A program made the translations under genes and the position numbers. From Octopus bimaculoides (taxonomy: Eukaryota), in the NCBI RefSeq assembly GCF_001194135.2, contig NC_068981.1, positions 20,968,641-21,032,640 on the forward strand: DNA of 64,000 bases, read 5' to 3'. Positions 1 through 12,318 of the stretch are shown in pieces. Below the pieces are notes generated by a model that ran no database searches, was not told the DNA's origin, and saw only the letters and a program-made list of their open reading frames with translations. The stretch's first letter is position 1. Each line of letters opens with the position of its first letter.

Positions 1-275
1 CGTTGTATGATGCTATATCCCCTTCTATTTCGTTAAATGCTTCAAGTAACTTGTCTCTAAGTCTCTGTCCGTTTGCAGGGTCTTTAAGCTTCCACACCCT
101 TCTCCTCCAAGCCTGTCTAATTCTGGGCACTCATTTTGCCTTGATCCCAAAGTCGCTAACTACTAATCTATGTTGTGGGGTACATTCTTCGCCAGGGTAG
201 GTTTTGGCATTTATAAGCCACCCTCTTTCCCTATTTCTGGCGAGGATGTAGTCGATTTGGCTAGAGTATCTGCCG
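1..275 (-). mobile_element. RTE-clade LINE fragment (end of AP endonuclease and linker)
   Basis: Minus strand translates SQIDYILARNRERGWLINAKTYPGEECTPQHRLVVSDF...RRVWKLKDP; same region as the plus-strand copy at 57590-57800 (SQIDFILTR...PGEECTPQHRLVISD). Confidence 0.8.
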
Positions 276-288
276 ATGTATGTATGTA

Positions 289-3188
289 TCAGGGTTTTCC
301 GAAAATCTACCAGGACTGTTAAACAGAAAATTCTATTTTACAAAACCATTATTTCGCTTAAAGAACCGCCCACCTATAATAAACGCCCATGGATGGTAAT
401 ATGGAAGTAAAATATTTCACCTAGGAAAAACAAAGATATTTTCAAAAACCATATTTATTTCATACAATTCCATTGAACTTCTATTGTTGCAGTTATCAGA
501 TTGAAACAGCCTAAAAAGAAGTAGCATATTAAAAAATATTCTGCAGTTAAAAATGGATCTATTAGGAAATATTGAAAATTAAACTGTTGAAAACATGAGT
601 AGAAGCCTTGTATGAACAAATAATGTCCTTGGGCATTTATAGTAGAATAATAACCGAATAGTTTCAAGTTAAATATCATGAATTTCTTCATTTGTTGCTT
701 GGCCATAATTCACAGCAGAGCAAATTTCACTTACTTGTATCTCATCTTCTTATTCAATTTTGTAATTATGTGCATCTGGTGCATTTACTGCAAGGCCAGA
801 CAAAACAGCATGTAAGCGTGAGTTTAAGGGGGTTATGTTCTACAGTCTGTCCACAAGGAGCAATTCCAAAACATTCAAAAGAACACTTTATAGTTTCTTT
901 ATTTAAAGTGGCAACAGCTTGGGTCACAAAATTCACTATCTCTTGATAAGAAGGTTTTTGCAATATCCTTTATTTGTATACTCCTTTTTGCCATTTGAAA
1001 ACCAATTCCCCCATTCAGCGTGAAAGGCTGTCTTGAAAGGTTCAATAACTGATACATCTAATGGCTGCAAATAAGATGTTTTCGGAGTTATAAGTTTGAG
1101 AATTGTATTCCTACATTTGAACACTTCTAGGAGCTCTGTTTTCTTGTGCAGTGAGCATTCATCCATGAATAGCACTGAGTTTTGAGCATGGAACAGTTGT
1201 GCTGTTCTCTGCCCAAACACTTTGTCAGCCTACAGCTGCATGAGTGATTGATCCCATTGATCTTTTGTTGGAGACTGTTAAGTAAATATTCTTTGGGACC
1301 TTGATTTTAGGCATATTTTTCAATCCTTTAACCCTTTCGTTACTATATTTCTGACCAAAATACACCCCTCATGAGTTTCAATTAAATTCTAAAATAATCA
1401 TGAATTTAGACTAGTCTCATTAAACACCTGTAACTTTTTTATTTATCAACATATTAATGTGATATTTGGAACATAATTAAAGAAAGGGTTCTTAATCAAT
1501 TCTATTGCATAATTTTTGTCTCTGGGGTACTGCTAGTGTCTCTCACATGTAAATATTGGTTCAGCTTCACAAATTGTACTCGTTCATAATACTGGAAATA
1601 TAGTCATCGCCAAAAGGTTCCTGATCGCTCCAGTAATTTGTTATTCTGGGTAACTGTCTAATNNNNNNNNNNNNNNNNNNNNNNNNNNNNNNNNNNNNNN
1701 NNNNNNNNNNNNNNNNNNNNNNNNNNNNNNNNNNNNNNNNNNNNNNNNNNNNNNNNNNNNNNNNNNNNNNNNNNNNNNNNNNNNNNNNNNNNNNNNNNNN
1801 NNNNNNNNNNNNNNNNNNNNNNNNNNNNNNNNNNNNNNNNNNNNNNNNNNNNNNNNNNNNNNNNNNNNNNNNNNNNNNNNNNNNNNNNNNNNNNNNNNNN
1901 NNNNNNNNNNNNNNNNNNNNNNNNNNNNNNNNNNNNNNNNNNNNNNNNNNNNNNNNNNNNNNNNNNNNNNNNNNNNNNNNNNNTTCTTCGATATCTCCAT
2001 ATCTTCTGTTGAAAAACTTTCAAATTTGGAATCACTGCTTGATAGCATGAAACTCCTCTCCATCTTCAAAGTTGAAAAAAATTAACGCCACAAAAAATGT
2101 GGAAAAAATCTTCCAAAATTCACTGAGTTCAAATATCACGCCAAACAATGTCGGATACAATAACTCAACTGTTTGCAAAGTGAAACCAGGTGTTTTAACG
2201 AATGTACTAACGATATTTGGGTTCAAATATACATTTAAATAACAATGGGTACGCTCGGCCGGCTAAGTCTTATGAACCAAAAAAATTTTCAGCTGGCTAC
2301 GGCCGGGTTAGTAACGAAAGGGTTAAGGATAATAATTGTTTTCAACACCTTTCTTGCAGCATTAACACACAACACAGCAGTAAAACGATCTTTGGTAGCA
2401 CCACAGTGGCTAGCATCTACATTTTTATTGCCTGAAAAATCTATGGTTGTTGAACTCAACATGTCAATGTATACAGGTGTTTCATCCATATTATAAATCT
2501 GGTCAGCATCCTTATCTGCTGTTAATACTGGAATGCTATCTAGAGAGTCACTGGCGATTTGCGCCTTTTCTCCAAGTGTTATGTTGTTTGCTTGACCAAC
2601 ATATGTAATCTTTCTCACAGTCAGTTGATTCCGATTCATGAAATTGAAAATCCATTTATCAGAACAGTTAAAGCTGTTCATTCCAATTCCAAACCTCTTT
2701 ACCAATTCAAAAGTATATTCCTGTAAACGGCGATAATTTACAATTATATTGTTTGCACGCTGAACAATCCACTCTAAGAACTCAATCTCTAGATCTCTAT
2801 GTGCTGGTCTACTATCTGCAATTGATCTGTGCCTCCTCTTGTCTGACATATTGATTAACTCAGTTTCTTTTGTGCACCATTCTCTCAATTGTTTTCTACC
2901 AATACCTAAGTCTCTTGAGGCAGCAGATAACTTGTCAGAATGCTCTTTTACTCGTTTAATAGCACTCAATTTTTCACTAATGGGATACGACCGCTGAACA
3001 CGTTTTGAGATATTTTCTGTCAACTCTATTATTAGGAATAAAAATCCTTTGAACTAAGTCTTAAGACTTAGAGCAAATGAACGTCTAAACAGAATGCAAA
3101 TAAGAACACTAACTCTGTTTCAACTTTTAACCACAAATGACTGCCCATGGGCAATCTAATGGATGGGTGGATTTTCGGAAAACCCCGG
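289..3188 (-). mobile_element. pogo/Tigger-family DNA transposon (decayed), interrupted by a piggyBac insertion
   Basis: TIRs TCAGGGTTTTCCGAAAATCTACC (289-311) and GGTGGATTTTCGGAAAACCCCGG (3166-3188), each flanked by TA; ORF 3023-2289 has CENP-B-like HTH region and YNMDETP; 1220-936 has LFMDEC...SYLQPLDVSVIEPFK (DDE_1-type); 963-766 KPSYQEIVNFV...CSFECFGI C-terminus. Confidence 0.9.
1332..2322 (-). mobile_element. Internally deleted piggyBac-like element with TTAA target-site duplication
   Basis: TTAA(1328-1331)-CCCTTTCGTTAC ... GTAACGAAAGGG-TTAA(2323-2326); acidic N-terminus SSSDSKFESFSTEDMEI (2069-1984) and QLPRITNYWSDQEPFGDDYISSIMN / VQFVKLNQYLHVRD (about 1660-1530), a piggyBac transposase motif; contains an N gap 1663-1983. 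Confidence 0.85.
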
Positions 3189-3256
3189 TATATATATATA
3201 TATATATATGCATATATACATATATGAATATACATGTATACATATATACATGTGTA

Positions 3257-3290
<34 letters not shown>

Positions 3291-3669
3291 CATACACAAA
3301 CACACACTCAGAGAAGTTCAACTCAGGCAAACTATGATTGGTTTATACATATACAGATTTAACATGATAGAATTGTCTAAAACATATATTAATACATTCA
3401 GAATATAAAGATAGGGAAATATAAAAATATGCAAGGACAAATAAATATACTGTTTGAATGAACTCTAGAAATGATCATCGGAATACTTTATTTCTTTTAA
3501 ATATGGTACCAAAAAACTATTTTTCAACATCCATTACTATCTCCATTCCATAATTTATTTTGAATTTTCAAAAGAAATGTCTTTCTATGTTTCATTATTC
3601 TTATCTATATTTTTATCTATACTCTATTATATTTATATATCTATATATTAATTGCCCTTACATAGTGTA

Positions 3670-4975
3670 AGCTATGGACACATAAGAGGTGCAGCAATAT
3701 CAAAGGAAGGCTAACTGGGAACATAGTTTTTGTATGTGGCAAATGCTCAGGAGTAATTAACACTGAAAATGTGCAGAGAATAGCTTGTCACATTCCAGGG
3801 AGAAAAACTAGACATAGTTGATAGCTTCTGTTACCTAGGTGACCAAGTCAGTAGCAGGGGTGGATGCTCTGAAAGTGCAACTACTAGAATAAGAATAACC
3901 TGTGCAAAGTTCAGAGAGCTCTTACCTCTGCTGGTGACAAAGGGCCTCTCACTCAGATTAAAATGTAGACTGTATGAGGCATGTGTACGAACAGCCATGC
4001 TACATGGCAGTGAAACATGGGCTGTTAACTGTTGAGGACATGCGTAAGATTGAAGGGAATGAAGCCAGTATGCTCCGCTGGATGTGTAATACCAGTGTGC
4101 ATACACGACAGAGTGTAAGCGCCCTGAGAGAAAAGTTGGACTTATGAAGCATCAGATGCAGTGTGCAAGAGAGATGACTGCGCTGTTATGGTCATGTGTT
4201 GCGAATGGATGAGGACAGCTGTGTGAAAAAGTGTCACACCCTAGCAGTTGAGGGAACCTGTGGAAAAGGTAGACCCAGGATGAGGTGGTGAAGCACGACC
4301 TTCGAACATTGAGCCTCACTGAGGTAATGATCAGTGACCGAGACATTTGGAGATATGCTGTGATTGAGAAGACTTGGCAAGCCAACTGAGACCATAACCC
4401 ATGGCCTATGCCAGTGGTGTATAATCAGACCACTTATGAGTACCTTTCATTCATTGGACAATAAACTATGCTTGTGAAGACCTGTTAAGGCAAATCAAAT
4501 CAAAATCGTTGACATGGCCGATGACAGCACCACCTGATTGGCACCGGTGTCAGTGCAATGTTAGAAGCACCATCCAAGCATGATTGCTGCAAGGGCTGCT
4601 GCCTGGCTCCTGTGCCGGTGGCATGTAAAAAGGATCATTTGAGCGTGATCGTTGCCAGAGTCACCTTACTGGATCCTGTGCTGGTGACATGTGAAAAACC
4701 ACACTTGAGCGTGGTCTTTGCCAGTGCCGCAGACTGGCATGTAAAAAACACCATTTGAGCATGGTCGTTGCCAGTACCACTTGGCCCTCGTGCTGGTGGC
4801 ATGTAAAACACACCCACTACACTCTCGGAGTGGTTGGTGTTAGGAAGGGCATCCAGCTGTAGAGACTTTGCCAGATCAGATTGGAGCCTGGTGCGGCCTT
4901 CTGGCTTGCCAGTCCTCAGTCAAACCGTCCAACCCATGAAAACATGGAAAGCAGACATTTAACGGCAATGATGTG
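3670..4975 (+). mobile_element. RTE LINE 3' portion (RT C-terminus, 3'UTR with tandem units, (GAT)n-type tail)
   Basis: AKFRELLPLLVTKGLSLR..CRLYEACVRTAMLHGSETWAV; 3'UTR GGAAGGGCATCCAGCTGTAGA...CAGTCCTCAGTCAAACCGTCCAACCCATG shared with many copies in the window. Confidence 0.85.
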
Positions 4976-5299
4976 TATATATATGTCTATCCTTTTCCAA
5001 ATAAGTTTTATATATATACATATTCATACATCATCGACGATGATGTATGAATATGTATATATAAAACCTACTTGGAAAAGGATGCGTGGCGTTCAATCAT
5101 ATAATGATATAAATAATATATATACATGTAATTCTGATGTGACTCTCTATTCTTCCTATTACACTTTTGTTTTTTCTCTCTTTGTTTCTCTTATTCTTTT
5201 ACCTCCTCTTCTTCCACTATTCTATCTATCCTCTTACTCTTTTGTTTTCTCCCTTCCTTTCACTTATTCTTTTGCTTCCTCATCTCCCACTATAGTGTA

Positions 5300-6310
5300 C
5301 CAGCCCACTTCCTCCAAGATGTATGTGGAACCTTTTATAACTGTGAATGGTCAAAAGTTGAGACTGTACCTAGATTTACTTATTTAGGAAGTACCTTGAG
5401 CACTGCTGGTCTTGATGATGAAATTTCATACAGAATCAGCAGGGCTAGTAGTGCTTTTGGTAGGCTTGATGGGCGTCTGTGGAAACAACATATCTTCGCA
5501 AATTAAAGTTAAGGTATATAACACATGCGTCCTCCCATCTTTGCTATATGGAAGTGAGGCATGGGTTGTTTACCGTAGGCAGGTAAGGCAATTGGAATGA
5601 TTTCATCAATACTGTCTGAGAAAAATTTGGGGGAGAAACTGGAAAATGGCCATAAGTAATGTGGAGGTGCTTCAGAGGAATGTCAGTAGAAGTATAGAGT
5701 CAATGATTTTGCAAGTTTGAGGTTGGGGGGACATTTGGTAAGGATAAGTGATGAGCGACTGCCCAAGCAGCTATTGTATGGTGAGCTGAAAGATGGCAGG
5801 AGACCAGTACATAAGCCTAAACGAAAGTTTAAGGATTGCTTTAAAAACGATCTAATACAGACAGGAATTGTAGCTGGTAGTTGGGAGAGGGAGGCACAAG
5901 ACCGTGATGGACGGAGGAAGATGGTGCATGGTGGTTGTTCGCGAGAGTGAAGTATGAGAGAATTGGGAGGGGGCTTAGAAGGGTGGAACCTGTGAAAGTG
6001 ATAGAGTTGCTTTTTATGTGTGTGGTTTACGGGCAAAGGTGTTTGAGTCTTGCAGGCCTGGTGAGCCATAAAAATTCTCACAGAAATCAACCCATGATAA
6101 ACAATGATGTGGCTATTAAAATTCACAACAGAACATGTGTAAAATGTGGAAGGGCGTGCCTCTCAGTCGGAGGTCTAAAAAGACATGTTAAGAGAGTGCA
6201 TATGGTGGTACCTGTTTCTCCTGCCAGCCAGCACAGTTGTCTAGTATGTAATGTGTGTAAAAGCTTGGCTGGGCTTAAAAGTCATATAAGGGTATCACAT
6301 GGCAACAATC
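5300..6310 (+). mobile_element. RTE (BovB-like) LINE C-terminal fragment with three C2H2-like zinc fingers
   Basis: PSLLYGSEAWVVYRRQVRQLE; GHLVRISDERLPKQLLYGELKDGRRPVHKPKRKFKD; then CVVYGQRCLSLAGLVSHKNSH, CVKCGRACLSVGGLKRHVKRVH, CLVCNVCKSLAGLKSHIRVSH; frameshifted. Confidence 0.8.
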
Positions 6311-6357
6311 NNNNNNNNNNTATGTATATATGTATATATATGAATATATATCAAAAA

Positions 6358-6403
<46 letters not shown>

Positions 6404-6843
6404 GGAATCAGTGAAGAGGAAAACTGATTGTAACTATAGAAACGTACAAGATACATTAAAAACTGTTAAAAAACCAAAATAGAAATATATAAATGTATAG
6501 TGAAAGAAAGAAGGAATGAATAAAGGAAAGAAAATGGTATTAAAATGGCGTGGCTTATTGGTTTCAGACGGCGACAGACGATCTACAAAGTCTTTGAAAT
6601 TTGAAGCTGAACATTTTGATCAGTTGGCAAATTCTGATTGAAAAAGAGGAAACACGTATATTAAGAAACGAAATAATTTTTGGTCAGCGACAGAGTACGG
6701 AATGATGCACAGAGAAACGTACACAAACGCTCGAGCGCACACACGGCCACACAAACCCAAACGCAAACACACACACACATCTCTTTCACTCTCACTCTCT
6801 TTCTCTCTCTAACCCTCCCTCTCTCTCCCTATATATATATATA

Positions 6844-6883
<40 letters not shown>

Positions 6884-6939
6884 TATAATTATATGTATAC
6901 GTATAAGTATATATGTGTGTATGTATGTGTACGTACACG

Positions 6940-6978
<39 letters not shown>

Positions 6979-7143
6979 ATATACATATATATGTGTGTGT
7001 GTGTGTGTGTGTGTATGCATGTATATAGATCGATAGATAGATAGAGATAGATAGATTGATAGAGAGAGAGAGAGAGACAGACAGACAGAGAGAGTGAGAC
7101 AGAGACAAGGTATGTGCCAGAAGTTTTGCAACGTACTTTTGCT

Positions 7144-7178
<35 letters not shown>

Positions 7179-7329
7179 TAGATTTCGAGGTGATGTACAG
7201 GTATTATATATCAGAAAAAATAATAAGGTACTCAGAGATCTGGATGGTTGTACATTTACAGATTTTTATTAATATGTCACACGTTTTTATAAATCATACA
7301 TTAGTGCTTGCATCTACTCTAATAGATTC

Positions 7330-7366
<37 letters not shown>

Positions 7367-7369
7367 ATC

Positions 7370-7472
7370 ATCATCATCGTTTAACGTCCGCTTTCCATGC
7401 TAGCATGGGTTGGACGATTTGACAGAGGACTGGTGAACCAGATGGCTACACCAGGCTCCAATCTGATTTGGA
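7370..7472 (-). mobile_element. RTE LINE 3' tail (short truncated copy)
   Basis: CATCATCATCGTTTAACGTCCGCTTTCCATGCTAGCATGGGTTGGACG = reverse complement of the common tail. Confidence 0.8.
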
Positions 7473-7559
7473 GCCATATATATATATATCTTTTATCCAT
7501 TTACTGGTTTCAGCCCATGGCTGAGGTCATGCTGGTGCACCACCTATAGTTACTCAGGG

Positions 7560-8840
7560 TTGTTTCTGATATTGTTTTTGGTGAGGTAGCGAGTTGGATG
7601 GAGGGAGCAGAGCAGATGCTAAAAACTACAGGCCCATCTCGCTGACTTCACATGTTAGCAAGACAATGGAACGCATTGTCAGAAAAAGACTGATCACATT
7701 TCTAGAAGAATACATCCTTCTCACAAATACACAACATGGCTTATGTCCAGGGAGAAGCTGCCTCACACCATTGCTGCAGCACTTTGACTGGGTACTGAAG
7801 CAACAACTAAACCAGTCAGTTGTAGATGTGATATACCTGGACTTTTCCAAGGCTTTCGATAAGGTTGATCTGTCACAAGCTGCGAAACCTTGGTATTACC
7901 GGGAAACTGGGAGAGTGGCTGCATGATTTTCTGAAGGGCAGGAGTCAGACAGTTGTAGCCAATGGTGCTCACTCTGAAGTGACACCAATTCTCAGTGGAG
8001 TCCCACAGGGAAGGGTACTGGGGCCCCTACTATTTATTGTGGCCCTCTCAGACATGACCTCCGCAGTACAGTTAGCCAATTTGACCAGTTACGCTGACGA
8101 CACAAAAGTATTGCAGGCAGTTAGGAACCCAGAGGACATCGTAAAACTGCAGAAAGACCTGAACAAAATCTACAAATGGGCTAACAAAAATAACACACAG
8201 TTCAATGCTATGAAATTTCAGGCACTCCACTATCAGTCCAACACCAGAATACACTGGACAAGAAGGTAATATGATCTGAGTCAGAGTCGGTGCATGACCT
8301 GGGGGTTCACATGAGCAATGATGCAACATTCCATGTGCATATTACCAAGTTGGCAACACTGTGCAGGCAAGTGGCTGGATGGATTGAGGACATTCAGAAC
8401 AAGTAAAAGGGAAGCCCTGCTACCCCTATGGAAGACTTTCGTTCTCAGCTGCTTGGACTACTGCTCCCAACTATAGACCCCAGAGAGTGTGAAACAAACT
8501 GTTAAACACGAAGCAATCCAGTGCCAATACACAAAGAAGATTGATTCGATGCAAAAGATGGGCTACTGGGAGAGGCTAAAGGAGCTGAGTCTCTATTCCC
8601 TGGAGAGAAAATGAGAGTTATATAGAGATATATATTTGGAAGATCTTGGAGGGCTTAGCTCCCAATTGGAATTTACAGCTATACAAATCCTTGGACTGGA
8701 CGGCACTAAAGACCCTGTCTTCCCCATCTAAAATAAGGACACAGTACTGCAATAGTCTGGGTTTTAAGGCAACCTTAGAGATCTACATGGTGTTGATGTG
8801 GAAGATTCCAAGGGTCGTCTGAACAGGTTTCTATCTGAAC
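7560..8840 (+). mobile_element. CR1/L2-group LINE reverse transcriptase fragment (decayed)
   Basis: NYRPISLTSHVSKTMERIV, QHGLCPGRSCLT, VIYLDFSKAFDKV, SGVPQGRVLGPLLF, YADDTK; frameshifts between ORFs 7594-7926 and 7865-8269. Confidence 0.9.
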
Positions 8841-9071
8841 CCACATGTATACATATGTATGTATATATATATGTGTGTGTGTGTGTGTATATATATATAC
8901 ATANNNNNNNNNNNNNNNNNNNNNNNNNNNNNNNNNNNNNNNNNNNNNNNNNNNNNNNNNNNNNNNNNNNNNNNNNNNNNNNNNNNNNNNNNNNNNNNNN
9001 NNNNNNNNNNNNNNNNNNNNNNNNNNNNNNNNNNNNNNNNNNNNNNNNNNNNNNNNNNNNNNNNNNNNNNN

Positions 9072-9110
<39 letters not shown>

Positions 9111-9371
9111 ATATATGTATATACGTATGTATATGTAAGTCATTAAGGTGTTTGTTTAAACGATTCAAGATCTCTATTCTCCGTGGCATGGGTATTCTCC
9201 TGCCTTGGGGAATGATGTTTTTGTGTGTGTTGGCTCTCTTCTATGGGACATATTTAATGCATATGGCTTGCATTATTGACATGAATTTATTGAGTTTCAT
9301 ATCTATATCTTGCATAGAGAGAGCCTTTTAGACCAGTCCTGCTGAAGCATCTGTTTCTCAAGTGACTTCCA

Positions 9372-9799
<428 letters not shown>

Positions 9800-9806
<7 letters not shown>

Positions 9807-10240
9807 TGGAGAGTTAGCTAAAGGAGAACGACCTCCACATAAACCAAAAAAGAGATATAAAGACTTGCTGAAGGTTTCCTTGAGAGATAACATCTCTCCT
9901 AACACGTGGGAAGGCATAGCTACTGACCGTGGCAGGTGGAGAAAGATTGTGTATGAGGGGACAACTACTTATGAGAAATCACGAATTGCACATGAGAAAT
10001 TAAGGAGGGATGTCAGGAAGGGCATTGTTGTTGCACTTCCAGATGGTAAGGGTCTTCCTATGACACTGACATGCAGTGTCTGTGCAAGACCGTGCCTCAG
10101 TAAAGCTGGACTCATGAGTCATCTTCGTAGTCATAAAGCAAGACCGATGATTGACTACCAGGCCGCTGGTGATGATGCTACACACCATACTAATCATGTC
10201 TGTCGGGCATGTGGAAGAGAGTGTGATTCAGCAGGAGGAC
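9800..10240 (+). mobile_element. Second RTE (BovB-like) C-terminal fragment with C2H2 fingers
   Basis: [23 protein letters not shown]...[21 protein letters not shown]...[13 protein letters not shown] (truncated by N gap). Confidence 0.8.
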
Positions 10241-10257
10241 NNNNNNNNNNAGCCATC

Positions 10258-10420
10258 ATATGTATGGTTGGCGTTAGGAAGGGCATCCAGCTGTAGAAAC
10301 ACTGCCAAATCAGATTGGAGACTGGTGTAGCCATCTGGTTCACCAGTCCTCAGTCAAATCGTCCAACCCATGCTAGCATGGAAAGCGGACGTTAAACAAT
10401 GATGATGATGATGATGATGA
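10258..10420 (+). mobile_element. RTE LINE 3' tail with (GAT)n
   Basis: GGAAGGGCATCCAGCTGTAGAAACACTGCC...GGAAAGCGGACGTTAAACAATGATGATGAT. Confidence 0.85.
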
Positions 10421-10489
10421 TGATAATGATATATATATATATATATATATATGTACATATATATATGTATATATATATATATATGTGAC

Positions 10490-11300
10490 AATTAGTTGGT
10501 TGCCATAACAAAACTCAGAGTTTCGGATGTCGGGGTGGAAGACTGCTCCGGCATCTCATCAGTTATTAAGACCAACAAAAGAGCTATGAGAATGAGCGTT
10601 AAATAAAGGGAAATTACCCGAACAGGGAGAAAGTAAGAATACTTGAAGAAGGTAAACCTATGCTCATAGAATCCGCGTACGTGCGCATGTACATACATAC
10701 ACACCCACACACACACCTATATGTATACATATATATGCATCCATACACATGTACATATCTGCACACACACACACACATATATATACCCATATGCACACAA
10801 TTATGTTCATATACACGTCCCTATACGCACACGCACAAAAATGCAGGGTGAAAGGTAATGTACAGAGAAAATATATAAAAATACATAAAGCGATAAAATA
10901 TATATAAAGATATGTAAGAAATGAAATGCTTGTACATGGACATAATATAAAAAGCAGGTTCTATCTGTGATCTTGGGGGGACCAAAAATGTAACAAATAT
11001 TAAGCCATATGTGGACATGATCCAAAAAATTCAGTTCTTGAATTTAGACATGTAATGGGGTCTAAGCTGCTTTTCCAGATGAGCCATCTTTCCACATCAC
11101 AAAGACTGTACTTTCCACTGCTGTTGGTGTAAGGCTTACACTTGGCTAAGATCTTCCAATGGATGTTATAGTCGACACCTTTTTCTTTTAAGGACCATAA
11201 ATAACTGGATAATTTGGTAGTTTTTCTTTCCCCCCCAGTGTCTGAAGGTTAAGGTGTGATTGTTGAACCTGGCTTTGAAATTCCCCTCTGTGAGATCCAC
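10490..11300 (-). mobile_element. Penelope-like element 3' end (GIY-YIG C-terminus, 3'UTR, hammerhead motif)
   Basis: YVDLTEGNFKARFNNHTLTFRH and SGKYSLCDVERWLIW...CLNSRTEFFGSCPH, typical PLE endonuclease C-terminus; hammerhead-like motif downstream. Confidence 0.8.
10502..10572 (-). ncRNA. Type I hammerhead ribozyme-like motif
   Basis: Minus strand: UAAUAA-CUGAUGA-GAUG CCGG..CCGA CAUC-C-GAAAC-UCUGA-GUU-UUGUUA; stem I UAAUAA/UUGUUA, stem II GAUG/CAUC extended, 2-bp stem III; one extra C before GAAA. Confidence 0.65.
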
Positions 11301-11355
11301 ATATTTCTTTGATGATGATGATATTAGAAGGTTTGGGGGTGATGTACAGGAATTA

Positions 11356-11460
11356 TATATTAGAAAAAATAATAAGGTACTCAGATATCTGGATGGTTGT
11401 ACAAATCTGTAAATGTACAACCATCTAGATATCTGAGTACCTTATTATTTTTTCTAATAT
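11356..11460. repeat. ~105-bp near-perfect palindrome made from a dispersed repeat
   Basis: ATATTAGAAAAAATAATAAGGTACTCAGATATCTGGATGGTTGTACA-aatctgtaaa-TGTACAACCATCTAGATATCTGAGTACCTTATTATTTTTTCTAATAT; linear form of the same repeat at 7185-7270. Confidence 0.85.
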
Positions 11461-11599
11461 ATATATATATATATACATATACGTGTATATATATATATAT
11501 ATACACACACACATACATATATATATATACATTTATGCATACATATATATACATACACATACATATACATACATATATATACAGACATATACATATATA

Positions 11600-12062
11600 T
11601 ATACAGCATCATCATTGTTTAACGTCCATTCTCCATACTGGCATGGGTTGGATGGTATGACTGGTGACTGGTAAGCCAGCAGGCCGCACCAGGCTCCAAT
11701 CTGACCTGGCAGTTTTTCTACAGCTGGATGCCCTTCCTAACGCTAACCACTGCAAGAGTGTAGTGGGTGCTCTTTACGTGCCACCGGCACAGGAGCCAGT
11801 CAGACGGCACTGGCATCAACCACGTCCAGATGGTGCTTTTTACATGCTACCAGCACAGGAGCCAGTCGGGATGGGGAGGCTGGCATCAAACATGTTCGGA
11901 TGGTGCTTTTTATGTGATACCAGCATGGGGAGCCAATTAGCCGGCACTGGCAACAACCCATGCATGCATGGTGTTTATTGCGTACCACCAGTACAGGAGC
12001 CAGTCAGGCGGCACTAGCATCAGCCGTGATTTTGACTTTACTTGACTCAATAGGTCTCAAGC
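11600..12062 (-). mobile_element. RTE LINE 3'UTR and tail
   Basis: CATCATCATTGTTTAACGTCCATTCTCCATACTGGCATGGGTTGGA... plus tandem GGTGCTTTTTACATGC units. Confidence 0.8.
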
Positions 12063-12318
12063 ACGGATATATATATATATGTATATATACATACATACAT
12101 ATATATACATACACACACACACATATATATATATACATACATACATATATATGTGTATATATACATACATAAATACATATGTTGTGTAGGTATCAGTTAG
12201 GGGAGTTTAAAACCTCTAAGGGATAATTAAATCCAAAGGCACTCCTGGTTATTACCTGAGTCCTTTGTAAAGTTGCATGATAGCAAGTAGTTCGGTAGGT
12301 AGACCGTAGTTTAAGTTA

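Noticed and set aside
5935-6310. Host C2H2 zinc-finger gene
   Set aside because: Fingers are contiguous with RTE ORF2 remnants and lack TGEKP linkers.
6545-6610. Possible further hammerhead (minus strand ...CUGAAACC)
   Set aside because: No CUGANGA core and no convincing stem II.
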